Counted from the first letter of the stretch, positions 1-12,347 are shown. The stretch is 64,000 nucleotides of DNA from an uncultured Aliarcobacter sp. (GCA_963677435.1 OY781945.1:672001-736000); one strand, 5' to 3'. Notes: a model not told the origin generated them from the letters alone. Translations and numbers: made by a program.

Positions 1-348
1 GATGTTAAAGATGCATTATCAGGAATGATGAGTGCAGTAATTAGAGAAGAAAATACTGGTCAAGCAGAAGTTAGAGATACTTTCGTTGTTCCAAAAGTTG
101 GAACAGTTGCAGGATGTTTAGTAACAGATGGAAAAGTAATCAGAGGTGGACATGCTAGAATCATTAGAGATGGTGTTGTTACTTATACAGGTAAAATTTC
201 ATCATTAAAAAGATTTAAAGATGATGCTAAAGAAGTTGCTAATGGTTATGAGTGTGGTATTATGTTTGATAAATTTAATGATATTAAAGTTGGAGATTTC
301 ATCGAAACATTTATTCAAATTGAAGAAAAAGTATCAGTAGATAACTAA
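1..348 (+). CDS. infB: Translation initiation factor IF-2, C-terminal part (truncated by window edge)
   Basis: Frame is open from base 1 (DVKDALSGMM...). IF-2 domain IV motifs GTVAGC, SLKRFKDDAKEV, GYECGI. Followed by rbfA. Confidence 0.97.
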   Translation, partial: DVKDALSGMMSAVIREENTGQAEVRDTFVVPKVGTVAGCLVTDGKVIRGGHARIIRDGVVTYTGKISSLKRFKDDAKEVANGYECGIMFDKFNDIKVGDFIETFIQIEEKVSVDN

Positions 349-350
349 GA

Positions 351-710
351 ATGAAAAGTATTAATCTACAAAGAACAGAATCATTATTAATGGAGTTAAT
401 TCCAGAAGCTTTATCAAATTTAGCTGATAGTAGAATTAACTCTTTACCAATTACAGCAGTTAACTGTAAAAATGGTAAATATGATGCCATTGTTTATTTT
501 GATGGTTCTGATTATGATAAAAACGAATTAAAAGAGATAATATCTCTTTTAAATAAAGCAAATGGAAGATTAAAAACACATATATTAGCAAGTACAGGTT
601 GGTATAAGTGTCCTAACTTTACATTTTTAAATGATACATCATTAGAAAAATCAAAAAATATTGAAGCATTATTTGCTCAAATTAGAAAAACAAAAAGTGA
701 AGAAGAATGA
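351..710 (+). CDS. rbfA: 30S ribosome-binding factor A
   Basis: 119 aa directly after infB. D-S-R-I and P-N-F-T-F-x-x-D-T-S motifs fit RbfA. Confidence 0.9.
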   Translation: MKSINLQRTESLLMELIPEALSNLADSRINSLPITAVNCKNGKYDAIVYFDGSDYDKNELKEIISLLNKANGRLKTHILASTGWYKCPNFTFLNDTSLEKSKNIEALFAQIRKTKSEEE

Positions 711-1135
711 GTTTAGAAGAATCAATAAAATTAGCTGTTGAGAGTTTAGGTGCTAAACTTTATGATATTGTAAATGCAAAAGAGCATGATAGAAATATCT
801 TTAGAGTTTTAGTAACTGCTGAAAATGGTATTAGCTTAGATAAATGTGCGGAAATTTCAAGAATGATTTCACCTATATTGGATGTTGATGAACCAATGGG
901 TGGAGAATATATTCTAGAAGTTAGCTCTCCTGGAATTGAGAGAAAACTTAGAAGAAAAGAACATTTCCTTGCATCAGTTGGTGAAAAAGTTAAAATTAAA
1001 AATTTTGCAACTGAAGTATTCAAAGGTGAATTAATTTTCGCTGATAATGAAAAAATTATTGTTAAAACAGAATTTGGTGATGATGAAATCACATATGATA
1101 ATATTTTAGCAGCAGCAACTTACTACGAGTGGTAA
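707..1135 (+). CDS. rimP: Ribosome maturation factor RimP
   Basis: GISLDKC, ILDV and [12 protein letters not shown] motifs. Confidence 0.95.
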   Translation: MSLEESIKLAVESLGAKLYDIVNAKEHDRNIFRVLVTAENGISLDKCAEISRMISPILDVDEPMGGEYILEVSSPGIERKLRRKEHFLASVGEKVKIKNFATEVFKGELIFADNEKIIVKTEFGDDEITYDNILAAATYYEW

Positions 1136-1136
1136 T

Positions 1137-1164
1137 AAAACAATAGAAACTTCTATTGTTTTTT
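1137..1164 (+). terminator. Intrinsic terminator after rimP
   Basis: aaaacaataga / tctattgtttt inverted repeat followed by a T run. Confidence 0.7.
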
Positions 1165-1230
1165 AACGCTAATTAAAACTACTTAATATATACTACCCTT
1201 AAAAATTTATACAAAAAAGCGAATATTATA

Positions 1231-2235
1231 ATGAAAATAGATGATAATTTTTATATGAAATTAGCTATTGATGAAGCATGGAAATATCAGCTTTTAACAT
1301 ACCCAAATCCTGCTGTTGGATGTGTTATTGTAAAAGATGGTAAGTTATTATCAATAGAGGCTCACAAAGAGTCTGGAATGCCACATGCAGAAGTTAATGC
1401 ACTTAAAGCTGCATACTTAATTGAAAATCCAAATTCAATACTAAAAATGAAAAATAGTTCTCAAGATATTCATACTTTTCTTTTAGAAAATCATAATGGA
1501 TATTTTAATGATTGTGAAATTTTTGTAACCCTAGAACCTTGTAATCATATAGGTAAAACGCCATCATGTGCAAATTTATTAAAAGAGATAAAACCAAAAA
1601 GAGTAATTATTGCCCATGAAGATATAAATAAAGTTGCTTCAGGTGGCATAGAAACACTCAAAAGTGTAAATATCGATATTAGTTTAGGATGTATGAAAAA
1701 AGAGGCTTATAATCTTATATATCCATTTATAAAGTGGAGTAGTGGAACATTTATCTTTTATAAAATGGCACAAACTTTAAATGGCTGTATTGATGGAGCA
1801 GTATCTTCTAAGATGAGCCAACTTTATGTTCATACATTAAGAGATAAAGTAGATTTAATGTTAATAGGTGGAAACACAGTAAGAATTGATAAACCAACTC
1901 TTGATGCAAGATATATTGCAGGTCGAGCTCCAAATATTATGATTTACAGTAAAAATAAAATATTTGACAATAATATTCCATTATTTAAAGTACCAAATAG
2001 GCAAGTTTTGATTAGTGATGATTTATTTAAACTACTTGATTACAAGCTTGTAATGGTTGAAGGAGTCTATAATTTAATGAATATTTTAAAAGAAAAAATA
2101 GATTATATTGTATTAATTATTAGTCCAAAAATTAGAAATGGAATTAATGCTTTAAATGATATAGATATGGACTTTGAGATTGTACATGAGAATTATTTAG
2201 GTGAAGAAAAAATTATATATTTAAAGAGAAAATAA
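1231..2235 (+). CDS. ribD: Bifunctional pyrimidine deaminase/reductase RibD
   Basis: PNPAVGC, HAE and TLEPCNHIGKTPSC zinc deaminase motifs, plus a C-terminal reductase region (GGNTVRIDKP). Confidence 0.95.
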   Translation: MKIDDNFYMKLAIDEAWKYQLLTYPNPAVGCVIVKDGKLLSIEAHKESGMPHAEVNALKAAYLIENPNSILKMKNSSQDIHTFLLENHNGYFNDCEIFVTLEPCNHIGKTPSCANLLKEIKPKRVIIAHEDINKVASGGIETLKSVNIDISLGCMKKEAYNLIYPFIKWSSGTFIFYKMAQTLNGCIDGAVSSKMSQLYVHTLRDKVDLMLIGGNTVRIDKPTLDARYIAGRAPNIMIYSKNKIFDNNIPLFKVPNRQVLISDDLFKLLDYKLVMVEGVYNLMNILKEKIDYIVLIISPKIRNGINALNDIDMDFEIVHENYLGEEKIIYLKRK

Positions 2236-2404
2236 TTTAGATAAATTTTTACAATAGTTAAAATTTTTATTAGTAATATAAGTGCCCAAAAAATTAAGAA
2301 ATCAAATATAATAAAATCTCCTAAAATATAAATATTTATTGATAGAAACAAGAGAGAGGTTTTTTTGAGGAAGGAGCTGACAAGTGTCAGTGACTGAAGA
2401 TAAG

Positions 2405-2438
2405 AAATCTTTATCGCAGTTTATAGCGATAAAGATTT
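2405..2438. terminator. Hairpin terminator between convergent ribD and efp
   Basis: aaatctttatcgc / gcgataaagattt 13-bp stem. Confidence 0.7.
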
Positions 2439-2444
2439 ATATTT

Positions 2445-3005
2445 TTATTTTACTTTTTCTAGGTACTCACCAGTTCTTGTGTCACATTTAATAATGTCAC
2501 CTTCAAGAATATGGAAAGGAATTTGTACAACTGCACCTGATTCTAAAGTAGCAGGTTTTCTACCACCTTGAGAGTCACCTTTAAAGTTTGGTGGAGTTTC
2601 TACAATTTTTAATTCAACAACCATTGGAGGCTCAACAGTAATTGCTTTACCATTGTAGTACATCATATCACAAGACATACCATCAATAATCCAATCAAAA
2701 GCATCACCCACTTGATCGTAAGTTAATCCCTCTTGTTCATAAGTTGCATTATCCATGAATTGTAAAAGTTCACCATCATCATATAAAAATTGCATTTGTT
2801 TTTGTTGTAAGTCTGGAACTTCACATTTATCACCAGCATGGAAAGTTTTTTCAATAACTTTTCCATTTAGAAATGATTTAATTTTACATCTAACAAATGC
2901 AGCACCTTTACCAGGTTTTACATGTTGATACTCAGTAATTTTGTAAGGAACACCATCTACTTCGATTTTTAATCCCTTTTTTAATTCACTCATACCAATT
3001 GCCAT
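2445..3005 (-). CDS. efp: Elongation factor P
   Basis: [12 protein letters not shown] loop, [15 protein letters not shown]. Confidence 0.98.
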   Translation of the reverse strand: MAIGMSELKKGLKIEVDGVPYKITEYQHVKPGKGAAFVRCKIKSFLNGKVIEKTFHAGDKCEVPDLQQKQMQFLYDDGELLQFMDNATYEQEGLTYDQVGDAFDWIIDGMSCDMMYYNGKAITVEPPMVVELKIVETPPNFKGDSQGGRKPATLESGAVVQIPFHILEGDIIKCDTRTGEYLEKVK

Positions 3006-3014
3006 AGTTTCTCC

Positions 3015-4598
3015 TTATATTTCTGCATAAGCAACTGCAATAGCTGCTTCTAAATTATCAAGTTTTTTCAATATATCTGAACTTGGTTTTTCATCAATAA
3101 GAATTACAGCTAATGCTCCATCTTTTCCCCTTGACAATCTAAAGTCAGCAATATTAATTTTATTATCACCTAAGATTCTTCCAACTTCACCAATAACACC
3201 AGGCACATCACTATTTCTCATAATAATCATTTTACCTTTTGGTTCAATGTCTAAAGAAAAACCACTAATTTCAACAATTCTTTGTACATCATCATTGAAT
3301 ACAGTTCCAGATATTGTTTTAACACCTGTAGAAGTTGTTAGTTTAATAGTTACTTTATTTTGGTAGCCACTATTATTTGAAAATTCTGAAGTTGTAAGTT
3401 CAATACCTTTTTCTTTGGCAATAAAGTTAGCATTTACATAGTTAACTTCACTTCCTGAACTAACTGCTAATACACCAACAGTTGCAAATGTTTGTAAAGA
3501 GTCTAAATATTCAGAAATTTTACCTTCAGCAGAAATATTTATAGATCTAATTTCACTTTTACTTATTTGTGCAACTAAAAAAGCCATTTTTTGAGTTAAT
3601 TCAATATATGGTTTTACAAATGGTGGGATTTTACTCTCATCAATTGGTAAATTTAGAGCATTAGGATATGCGATACCTCGTGCAGATTCAATAGCATTAT
3701 TTGCAGCTTGAACTGAGATTTCTCTTTGCGATTCTTTTGTATTTGCACCTAAGTGAGCAGTTACAGTTATATTTGGTAAATCTAACAAAGGATTATTTGT
3801 AGCTGGTTCTTTTATAAATACATCTATACCTGCCATTGCTACTTTTCCAGATTTAAGGTTTTCATATAATGCATCTTCATTATATAATCCACCTCTAGCG
3901 CAATTAATTAAAATAACACCATCTTTCATTCTTGCAATTTCTTCAAAACCTATCATATTGATAGTTTCTTTATTTTTTGGTGTATGAATTGTAATAATAT
4001 CGCATGATAAAATATCTTCAAAATTAGTTGTATATTTAATACCTAAATCAGTTGCTTTAGTTGAAGGAATATATGGATCGTAAGTCATTACATCCATTTC
4101 AAATGATTTAGCTCTTAATGCAACTCTATGTCCAATATTTCCGAAACCTATAACTCCAAGTTTTTTACCATAAAGTTCATTTCCATACCAATCTTCTCTT
4201 TTCCATACTCTATCATTTTTTAATTGATTATGAGCGTATGGAAATTTTCTCATACAAGATAGCATGTGAGTCATAGTTAATTCAACTGCTGCTATTGTGT
4301 TTGCAGTTGGAACATTCATTGCGATTATTCCTCTTTTACTACAACCTTCCATATCAACATTATCATAACCAACACCAGCTCTAATAATTGCTTTTAAATT
4401 AGTAGCTGCATTTAAAAATTTCTCATCAACATCAGTAGATGATCTTGTAATTGCTACTTGAGCATCTTTGATGATATCTAATAGTTCTGTTTTATTTACA
4501 TCTGCTGCATATACATAGTTTACATCTTCAGTATTCTGAAGAATTTGTAAACCAGCTTCATGTATATGATCACAAACTACAATTGTATGTTTCGTCAT
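3015..4598 (-). CDS. serA: D-3-phosphoglycerate dehydrogenase (with ASB and ACT domains)
   Basis: RAGVGYDNVD, GFGNIG, INCARGG, HLGANT; C-terminal ACT motif DVPGVIG. Confidence 0.96.
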   Translation of the reverse strand: MTKHTIVVCDHIHEAGLQILQNTEDVNYVYAADVNKTELLDIIKDAQVAITRSSTDVDEKFLNAATNLKAIIRAGVGYDNVDMEGCSKRGIIAMNVPTANTIAAVELTMTHMLSCMRKFPYAHNQLKNDRVWKREDWYGNELYGKKLGVIGFGNIGHRVALRAKSFEMDVMTYDPYIPSTKATDLGIKYTTNFEDILSCDIITIHTPKNKETINMIGFEEIARMKDGVILINCARGGLYNEDALYENLKSGKVAMAGIDVFIKEPATNNPLLDLPNITVTAHLGANTKESQREISVQAANNAIESARGIAYPNALNLPIDESKIPPFVKPYIELTQKMAFLVAQISKSEIRSINISAEGKISEYLDSLQTFATVGVLAVSSGSEVNYVNANFIAKEKGIELTTSEFSNNSGYQNKVTIKLTTSTGVKTISGTVFNDDVQRIVEISGFSLDIEPKGKMIIMRNSDVPGVIGEVGRILGDNKINIADFRLSRGKDGALAVILIDEKPSSDILKKLDNLEAAIAVAYAEI

Positions 4599-4612
4599 TT
4601 AAATAAATCCTA

Positions 4613-6265
4613 TTATTTCATTTGATCTTTTATAATGTCACCTAAAGTCATAGATGAATCATCATTTACAGATTTTAAAACTTCTCTTTCTAATTGTTGC
4701 TCTAATCTTCTAACTGATAATCTAACTCTGTTTTTCTTAGTATCAATATTTACAACAACTGCTTCGATTTCATCACCATTTTTTACTTCATCAGCTTTTA
4801 ATGGACCAAAATCTTCATTTCTAATTAAACCATCAAGATTATTTTCTAATTTGATGAAAATTCCGAAATCTTTAGCATCTTTAACTGTTCCTTTTACAAT
4901 ATCACCAATTTTATAAGCATCTTGGAATTTTTTTGCAGGAGAATCAGCAATTTCTTTAATTGATAATGAGATATTTTCTTTTTCTCTATCAATTTTGATA
5001 ATTTTTACTTCAACTTCATCACCTTTTTTGTAAAGAGTTTTACATTTTGCATTAGGTTCCCATGAAGCTTCTTCATTGTGTAATAAACCATCAACATCAC
5101 CAATGCTAACAAAAGCACCAAAATCAGTTAATGTAGCAATTTTACCTTTAATTACATCTCCAACTTTATGGTCATTAGTGAATTTTGCAAAAGGTTTTTC
5201 TTGAAGATTTTTTAAAGATACTCTTAATCTTTTTTGTTCAATATTTAATTCAATAACTTCAACATTGATTTCTTCACCAATCGTTAAAAGTTCTTTTGGA
5301 TTTTTTAAGTTTTTATTCCATGAAATTTCTGAAATGTGTAATAAACCTTCAATGTCATTTCCTAAATCAACAAATGCACCATAAGATTCAAAATTAGAAA
5401 CAGTTACAGTAATTGTATCTCCAACTTCTAATTCGTCTTTGATTTCTTCCCAAGGATTAGAAAGTGCAGCTTTGATAGATAATGATAAATGTTGTTTTGT
5501 TTTGTCATAAGATAAAACTACAACTGAAACTTCATCACCTTCGTTGTAATAATTTGCAGGATTAACAGGACCTTTGTATGAGATTTCATTGTAGTTTACT
5601 AAACCATCAATTCCACCTAAATCTACAAACATTCCATAAGAAGTAATTTTTTTGATTGTTCCAATAACTGGCTCTTTATTATCTAAGATTTCAGTTACTT
5701 TATTGTCTTTAACCGCTTTTGATTCTTCAATTAATTTTTTTCTTGAAACAATAATTGAATTTTGCGCTTTGTTTACTTTAATAACTTTTGCTTTAACAGT
5801 TTTTCCAACTGCTCCAATAGCTTTTAAGTAAGATTGAGCCATAGGCATGAAATATTCACAACCATCAGCATCTTCGATTATAAAACCACCTCTTTGTTTA
5901 ACAGAAACGATTTTACCTTCAATAGTTACATCTTCTACATTTTCGCCATGAAGTTTTACAAAAGCATCAAATTTTTCTTTTTGTAGAACTTTTTTATGTG
6001 AAATACTTGGTCTTTCACCTCTGCTTCCCATTAACATAACAGGAATTGTGTCACCAACTTTGTACTTAACTTCACCACCAATTGTAATTTCAGAAATATT
6101 TAATTGACCCTCAATTTTTTGACCAACATCAACTAGAACTCTCTCGTTAGAAATTTCTACAATTACACCATCAACTACAGAATTGTTTTCTGCATTCTCA
6201 AAAGACTCATTAAGCATTTGCTCAAAATCAAAGTCTTCACCTAAATCAATATCTTCGATACCCAT
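4613..6265 (-). CDS. rpsA: 30S ribosomal protein S1
   Basis: Repeated S1 domains (YGMFVDLGGIDGL, YGAFVDLGNDIEGLLHISE, FGAFVSIGDVDGLLH). Confidence 0.97.
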   Translation of the reverse strand: MGIEDIDLGEDFDFEQMLNESFENAENNSVVDGVIVEISNERVLVDVGQKIEGQLNISEITIGGEVKYKVGDTIPVMLMGSRGERPSISHKKVLQKEKFDAFVKLHGENVEDVTIEGKIVSVKQRGGFIIEDADGCEYFMPMAQSYLKAIGAVGKTVKAKVIKVNKAQNSIIVSRKKLIEESKAVKDNKVTEILDNKEPVIGTIKKITSYGMFVDLGGIDGLVNYNEISYKGPVNPANYYNEGDEVSVVVLSYDKTKQHLSLSIKAALSNPWEEIKDELEVGDTITVTVSNFESYGAFVDLGNDIEGLLHISEISWNKNLKNPKELLTIGEEINVEVIELNIEQKRLRVSLKNLQEKPFAKFTNDHKVGDVIKGKIATLTDFGAFVSIGDVDGLLHNEEASWEPNAKCKTLYKKGDEVEVKIIKIDREKENISLSIKEIADSPAKKFQDAYKIGDIVKGTVKDAKDFGIFIKLENNLDGLIRNEDFGPLKADEVKNGDEIEAVVVNIDTKKNRVRLSVRRLEQQLEREVLKSVNDDSSMTLGDIIKDQMK

Positions 6266-6332
6266 TTTATTCCTTCATATTTACCAGTTTTATTAAATGG
6301 GAAGATTATACAGAAAATTGACTTAAAAACTC

Positions 6333-7169
6333 TTAGTTAAATGATTCTATTTTGTCTATAACTTGTTGTATTATCCAGTCAGGAGTACTAGCACCGGCGG
6401 TTACACCACATAATGTTTTTTTATTAAACCAAATATTTTCTAGTTCAGTTTCATTTTCTATTAGGTAAGAATCTGGACAATTTTCTAAGCAAATAGAGTG
6501 TAATTGTTTTGTATTTGATGAGTTTTTACCACCAATTACAATCATAATATCAACCTCTTTTGAGAGATCTCTTGCTGCATCTTGGTTCTCAAATGTTGCA
6601 TCACAAATTGTATTAAAAACTCTAACTTCTTTATTTTTTAAGATTAAAGTATTAACAATCTCAAGATATTTTTCTTTCTTTTTAGTTGTTTGTGCAACGG
6701 TTGCAATTTTATTTTGTCTAAATACAATATTATCTAAATCTGATGGTTCTAAAATAATATGAACATCTTCTTGCTTCTCACCATAAGATTGCACACCTTT
6801 TACTTCAGGATGATCAGCATCTCCAAAAATAAGTATAGAATATCCCTCATTAGACATTTTTTTTACTATTTGTTGTGGTGTTGTAACAAATGGACAAGTT
6901 GCATTAATAACTTTAGCATTTAGTTTTCTTAAATTTTTTAAGTCATTTTTTGGAATACCGTGAGTTCTAATAATTACAGTATCATTCTCTTTTACATCAC
7001 TTAAATTATTGTATAAACCTACATTAAAATCATTTTGTAATCTATTTATTTCATCTTGGTTGTGAATAAGTGGACCCATTGTTGCAGAGTTTTTATAATC
7101 TTCTGCAATTTTAATTGCTCTTTTTACACCAAAACAAAAACCATAATTTGATGCTAATTTTACTTTCAT
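6333..7169 (-). CDS. ispH: 4-hydroxy-3-methylbut-2-enyl diphosphate reductase
   Basis: GFCFGVKRA, ATCPFV, TICDAT, SSNT, GVTAGASTP. Confidence 0.97.
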   Translation of the reverse strand: MKVKLASNYGFCFGVKRAIKIAEDYKNSATMGPLIHNQDEINRLQNDFNVGLYNNLSDVKENDTVIIRTHGIPKNDLKNLRKLNAKVINATCPFVTTPQQIVKKMSNEGYSILIFGDADHPEVKGVQSYGEKQEDVHIILEPSDLDNIVFRQNKIATVAQTTKKKEKYLEIVNTLILKNKEVRVFNTICDATFENQDAARDLSKEVDIMIVIGGKNSSNTKQLHSICLENCPDSYLIENETELENIWFNKKTLCGVTAGASTPDWIIQQVIDKIESFN

Positions 7170-7284
7170 TTATTATCCTTAAAATTGTCCCAATTTTAAG
7201 GGACCTACATTTATCTACTTCTTTTAACACGTTGGCAAAGCCACTTTTAAAGAAGAAAACCTTAAAGGGAACAATGAATTGTTC

Positions 7285-8562
7285 CTAGTATAAAGAGTCT
7301 AGAAGTTCTTTAAAATTTGGGAAAGATGTTTCAATACATTGTACATCTTCAATTTCCATATCACTATGAAGTCCAGCTATTGCAAAACTCATTGCAATTC
7401 GATGGTCACCGTGAGAATTTATTGTTGCTTTTTGTATTGTTCCACCAATTATTTCATATCCATCTTCAAATTCTGTATAAATAACTCCACAAAGTTTTAA
7501 GTTATTTACTACACTTGAAATTCTATCACTCTCTTTAACTCTTAACTCTTTTGCATTTGAAACTTTTGATTTTCCATTTGCTAAACTCATTGCAATTGAT
7601 AAGGCTGGTAATTCATCAATAAGCCATGATATATTTTCACTAACAACAACTCCATTTAATTTATTATTAATTACTTCAATGTCACCAATTGGTTCATAGA
7701 TATTTTCTTTTTCAATAAAGTTTACAATTACACCCATTCTTTTTAAAACTTGATAAGCTTCAATTCTTGTTGGATTTAAAGTTACATTTTTAATAAGAAC
7801 TCTTGAGTCTTTTGTAATTGCAGCTGCAAGTGCAAAGAAAAATGCTGATGAAGGATCTGTTGGAACAGTTATATTAAGAGGTTTTAAATGCCCTGTTAAT
7901 GGATGAATATTAATAAATCCATCACTATCATTTTCAAGTTTGGCACCCATTCCTTTTAGCATTCGTTCTGTGTGATCTCGAGTTAATTCATTCTCTTTAT
8001 ATTTTGATATTCCATTTGCTCTAAGAGCTGCTAGAATCATTGCAGATTTAACTTGGGCTGAATCAACTGGTGAGTGATAAGTAAATGGTTGTAACTCTTT
8101 TACCCCTCTAATAAATAAAGGTGCTTTATTTCCATTTTCTCTTCCATCTATTAGTGCGCCAATACTTCTTAGTGGATCAGCAACCCTTTTCATTGGTCTA
8201 TTTCTTAGATACCTATCACCTGTTAGTGTAAATGCACCATCAACACTAGCTAATAATCCACAAAATAGTCTCATTGCAGTTCCAGAGTTTCCACAATCAA
8301 GAACATCAGAAGGCTCGCTTAGAGTTGGAGTTGGTGTGATTTCAACGCTTGATCCATCTCTTTTAATTATTGCACCTAATTGTTGAACAATACTTAAAGT
8401 ATTTAGTGTATCTTCAGCTGTTAAATAGTTTTTTATATATGAAGTTTGGTTTGAAAAAAGTGAAAACATTGCACATCTATGAGATATTGATTTGTCACTT
8501 GCAATTGAATCTATTTCTACATTAAATGCTTTTGTCAATTTTTTTATACTAAATTTTTCCAC
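7285..8562 (-). CDS. aroA: EPSP synthase
   Basis: [41 protein letters not shown]. Confidence 0.97.
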   Translation of the reverse strand: MEKFSIKKLTKAFNVEIDSIASDKSISHRCAMFSLFSNQTSYIKNYLTAEDTLNTLSIVQQLGAIIKRDGSSVEITPTPTLSEPSDVLDCGNSGTAMRLFCGLLASVDGAFTLTGDRYLRNRPMKRVADPLRSIGALIDGRENGNKAPLFIRGVKELQPFTYHSPVDSAQVKSAMILAALRANGISKYKENELTRDHTERMLKGMGAKLENDSDGFINIHPLTGHLKPLNITVPTDPSSAFFFALAAAITKDSRVLIKNVTLNPTRIEAYQVLKRMGVIVNFIEKENIYEPIGDIEVINNKLNGVVVSENISWLIDELPALSIAMSLANGKSKVSNAKELRVKESDRISSVVNNLKLCGVIYTEFEDGYEIIGGTIQKATINSHGDHRIAMSFAIAGLHSDMEIEDVQCIETSFPNFKELLDSLY

Positions 8563-8577
8563 TTTTTTCCCTTTTGA

Positions 8578-10899
8578 TTATTGTCTTAAACCAATTGATA
8601 ACTCTTTATTAAGTACATCTAAAATTGAGTTCATTGTTGTCGTAATATCTTCTTCTTCCATAGTTTTTTCATCATTTTGTAAAACAAATCTAATTGTTAG
8701 ACTCTCATTTTCTCCAAGTTTCTCATCATTATAAATATCAATTAGGTTAAATTGTTTAATATTTAAATTATTTAAAGAATTAATTGCTTTTTTAATCTCT
8801 TTATATTCTAAAGATTTTGGAGTAATAATAGTTAAATCTTTTTTTGATGACTGGAATTTTGAATATGAAGTTGTTTTTACAAGTTCATTTTTGATTGATT
8901 CAAAATCTATTTCAGCAACAAATGTATCATTTAAATCAAAATCAGCACAAACACTTGGATGTAATTTACAAATAAATCCTACAACTTTCCCATCTATTAA
9001 TACATTTGCATTTTGGAAAGGATGTATAAACATATTATCAATATTTGTCATTGGCTCTAAATCAAATTTTCCAACTGTATTTAATATTTTTTTAGAAAAA
9101 GAAAAGAAGTCAATATTTTTTGGTTTTCCAGCATTTGAGAAATCTTCTAATTCAGCAGAGCCTGTTTGAATAAATGATATTTTCTTACTCTCAACTCTGT
9201 TTTCATCAAATATTGTTCCAATTTCAAAAAATGCACTAGATCTTACACCAACTTTAAAGTTGTTAGAACAAGCTTCTACTAAATTTAAAAGCATAGTTGT
9301 TCTATAAGTATTTAACTCTTTTACTATAGGATTTATTAATTCTAATTCATCTTTAACAGTTTTAAAACCATATTTCTCTAAATTTTCTTTTGATGAAAAT
9401 ACATAAGTTAAAGTTTCATAAAAACCATTTTCAATAGCTTTAAATCTTAATCTATTTTTTTTGATTATGTCATTTGAAGTTTTATTAACTCTATTTACTT
9501 CATCAATTTGTAAAGGTTTTGCAATAATATTATCTATTCCGATTATTCTAACAATTTCTTCTGTAATATCTGCAATATTTTTTATATCATGTCTAAAATG
9601 AGGTACTTTTGCAACTAAAATACCACCCATATCTTTTACTTCAAAACCTAAAGAAACAAGAATTTTTTCAATAGTGATTTTTGGTATTTCTTGACCAATA
9701 ATTGAATTTACTTTATTGATATTAACATCAAGTGTTAATTTTTCTTTATCATCAATAAAAGTTTCAACACCTTTATAAACTAATGCTCCAAATTTAGAAA
9801 CTAAATTAGAAAAATAATCAATACCATATTCAATATTTGGTTCACTACCTCTTGAAGATTTGTAAAAAACTTCTCCTGTTTTTACTTTTGTATCAAAAAC
9901 TCTTTTTGAAATTAACTCTGGATTTACATACGAAGCTTCAATAATTAAATCTGTTTCATTAAATTCTATATCTTTATATTCAACACAGATTTTACTTAGT
10001 TGTTCACTTCCATAAATATTATCAAAACCTAATTCATCTTTTTTTACATGTAAAACATTAAGATTATTATTTTTAATAGTTTTTTCTTTTGTATAAGCAT
10101 TTAAAATTACACCAGTTGCTTGAGTAGCATAATTTAAAATATTTTTAACATCAGCGTTATCTTTATATTTACCAATTATTCCAGTTCTTAATTTTTGTAA
10201 AACATTTAATTTGAAATTTGAAAAATCAACTATTTTAAAAGATAAAGATGAGTCAATATTACTATCGCACTCAATTTCTAAAAACTGACCAATTCCTAAA
10301 TCATTATATTTAATTTGTTTGTCACATTCTAGTAAAGGAATATTATAATATGCACTTAGTTCTCTAGCAATTCCATTTATACTTAAACAATCACTTCTAT
10401 TAGCAGTTAATCCAATTTCAATAACATCATCACATACTTTTGGATATTCTCTTAACTCTTTTCCTAAAATTAATTCTCCAATAGAGTTATCTAGTTCTAA
10501 GATTCCATCATTTAATTTTGTAAGTCCAAGTTCAGTTGATGAACAAATCATTCCATTTGATTGTTCACCTCTTAATTTTGCTTCTTTAATAATAAAATTA
10601 TTTCCCATATCACAACCAACAGTTGCAACTGGAACAAATTGTCCTGCATCTACATTTTTAGCACCACAAACAATTTGAACAACTTGAGTTCCTAAATCAA
10701 CTTGACAAATATTTAATTTATCAGCATCGGGATGTTTCTTTTTTTCTAAAACTTTTCCAATAATTACTTTTGGAACAATTGTAATTTTTTCTAAACTATC
10801 AACTTCAAGACCAATCGAATTAAGTGTTTTACAAATTTCATCCGTAGAAATTTTTGAGATATCAATAAATTCTTCTAACCATGTTCTAGTAATTATCAT
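8578..10899 (-). CDS. pheT: Phenylalanine-tRNA ligase beta subunit
   Basis: [24 protein letters not shown]; overlaps pheS by 4 bp. Confidence 0.96.
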   Translation of the reverse strand: MIITRTWLEEFIDISKISTDEICKTLNSIGLEVDSLEKITIVPKVIIGKVLEKKKHPDADKLNICQVDLGTQVVQIVCGAKNVDAGQFVPVATVGCDMGNNFIIKEAKLRGEQSNGMICSSTELGLTKLNDGILELDNSIGELILGKELREYPKVCDDVIEIGLTANRSDCLSINGIARELSAYYNIPLLECDKQIKYNDLGIGQFLEIECDSNIDSSLSFKIVDFSNFKLNVLQKLRTGIIGKYKDNADVKNILNYATQATGVILNAYTKEKTIKNNNLNVLHVKKDELGFDNIYGSEQLSKICVEYKDIEFNETDLIIEASYVNPELISKRVFDTKVKTGEVFYKSSRGSEPNIEYGIDYFSNLVSKFGALVYKGVETFIDDKEKLTLDVNINKVNSIIGQEIPKITIEKILVSLGFEVKDMGGILVAKVPHFRHDIKNIADITEEIVRIIGIDNIIAKPLQIDEVNRVNKTSNDIIKKNRLRFKAIENGFYETLTYVFSSKENLEKYGFKTVKDELELINPIVKELNTYRTTMLLNLVEACSNNFKVGVRSSAFFEIGTIFDENRVESKKISFIQTGSAELEDFSNAGKPKNIDFFSFSKKILNTVGKFDLEPMTNIDNMFIHPFQNANVLIDGKVVGFICKLHPSVCADFDLNDTFVAEIDFESIKNELVKTTSYSKFQSSKKDLTIITPKSLEYKEIKKAINSLNNLNIKQFNLIDIYNDEKLGENESLTIRFVLQNDEKTMEEEDITTTMNSILDVLNKELSIGLRQ

Positions 10900-11888
10900 T
10901 TGAATTGTCCTAATAGTCTTGTATCACTTTCAAATAGTGATCGTAAATCTCCAATGTTATGAATTAGCATTGCGAATCTCTCAACACCTAATCCAAAAGC
11001 ATATCCAGATTTGTTTTCATAACCAACTGCTTTAAATACATTTTGATCAACAACTCCACAACCTAAAACTTCAAGCCATCCTGTTTGTGAACAAACTCTA
11101 CATCCTTCACCTTTACAAAATACACATGATATGTCAACTTCTGCTGATGGTTCAGTAAATGGGAAAAATGAAGGTCTAAATCTAACTTCAACATCACCAA
11201 ACATATGGTGTAAAAACTCAACTAAAACATGTTTTAAATTAGCAAATGAAACTTTATCCGCTTCATCAACAACTAATGCTTCAATTTGATGAAACATAGG
11301 AGTGTGTGTAATATCAAAATCTCTTCTAAACACTGTTCCAGGTGCTATCATTCTAATAGGTGTTTTTTGACTTAACATAGTTCTAATTTGAACAGGAGAT
11401 GTATGCGTTCTTAATAATGTATAATCTTTATTATAAAAAGTATCTTGCATATCACGAGCTGGATGATATTTTGGAAGATTTAGTGCTTCAAAATTATGGA
11501 AATCATCTTCTACTAAAGGACCCTCTTCAACAGCAAAATTTAAATTTTGAAAATATGTAATTATTCTATCCATTGTTTCAACTACTGGATGAGTAGCTCC
11601 ACATGTTAGTTCATTATTAAATCTTGTTACATCAATTTTTTCATTTTCTAGCTTTTTATTTAAAGCCTCTTTTTCTAAAATTACTTTTTTTGATTCTAAA
11701 GCATTTGTAACTAGTTCTTTTTGTTTATTTAAATTTTCAGCAAAAGCTTTTTTTTCTTCATTTGGAACACTCTTCATTTTAGCAAATTCTAAAGTTAAAA
11801 TACCTTTTTTACCTAAAGTATCAATTCTAAGATTTTCTAATTCTTCAAGTGAAGCTGCATTGGTTATTTTTTCAATCCACTGTGTCAC
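10896..11888 (-). CDS. pheS: Phenylalanine-tRNA ligase alpha subunit
   Basis: [34 protein letters not shown]. Confidence 0.98.
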   Translation of the reverse strand: MTQWIEKITNAASLEELENLRIDTLGKKGILTLEFAKMKSVPNEEKKAFAENLNKQKELVTNALESKKVILEKEALNKKLENEKIDVTRFNNELTCGATHPVVETMDRIITYFQNLNFAVEEGPLVEDDFHNFEALNLPKYHPARDMQDTFYNKDYTLLRTHTSPVQIRTMLSQKTPIRMIAPGTVFRRDFDITHTPMFHQIEALVVDEADKVSFANLKHVLVEFLHHMFGDVEVRFRPSFFPFTEPSAEVDISCVFCKGEGCRVCSQTGWLEVLGCGVVDQNVFKAVGYENKSGYAFGLGVERFAMLIHNIGDLRSLFESDTRLLGQFK

Positions 11889-12017
11889 TTTTTTCTCCCT
11901 AATTTGTAAATAATTATCTTGGATTTAAATTATTTGTATCTGTATTTTTGGGATTATACTTAAAGATTTATTAGAGTTTGGTTATAATATTTTACTATTT
12001 AATTTCAAGGAAAAATA

Positions 12018-12347
12018 ATGTGTATATTCTGTAAGATTGTAAAAGGTGAGATACCAAATCAAACTATTTTAGAAGACGAAAATTTTTTAGCATTTAATGA
12101 TATTAATCCTACTAGAAAAATTCATGTATTAATTATTCCAAAAGAGCATTATGATTCTTTTGATGTAGTACCTTCAAATATTATGGCTGATATGACTACT
12201 TTTATTCAAAAAGTTGCAGCTAAATTAGATATAAAACAAAGTGGTTATAGATTAATCACAAATATTGGAGATCATGGTGGACAAGAAGTTCATCATTTAC
12301 ATTTTCATTTAATTGGTGGAGAGCCAGTCGGTAGATTAGTTAGATAA
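12018..12347 (+). CDS. hinT: Histidine triad (HIT) nucleotide-binding protein
   Basis: MCIFCKI start and QEVHHLHFHLIGG triad. Confidence 0.93.
   Translation: MCIFCKIVKGEIPNQTILEDENFLAFNDINPTRKIHVLIIPKEHYDSFDVVPSNIMADMTTFIQKVAAKLDIKQSGYRLITNIGDHGGQEVHHLHFHLIGGEPVGRLVR

Noticed and set aside
2345..2410. Hammerhead ribozyme (CTGAAGA and GAAA motifs present)
   Set aside because: The required stems I-III cannot be formed around the core motifs.
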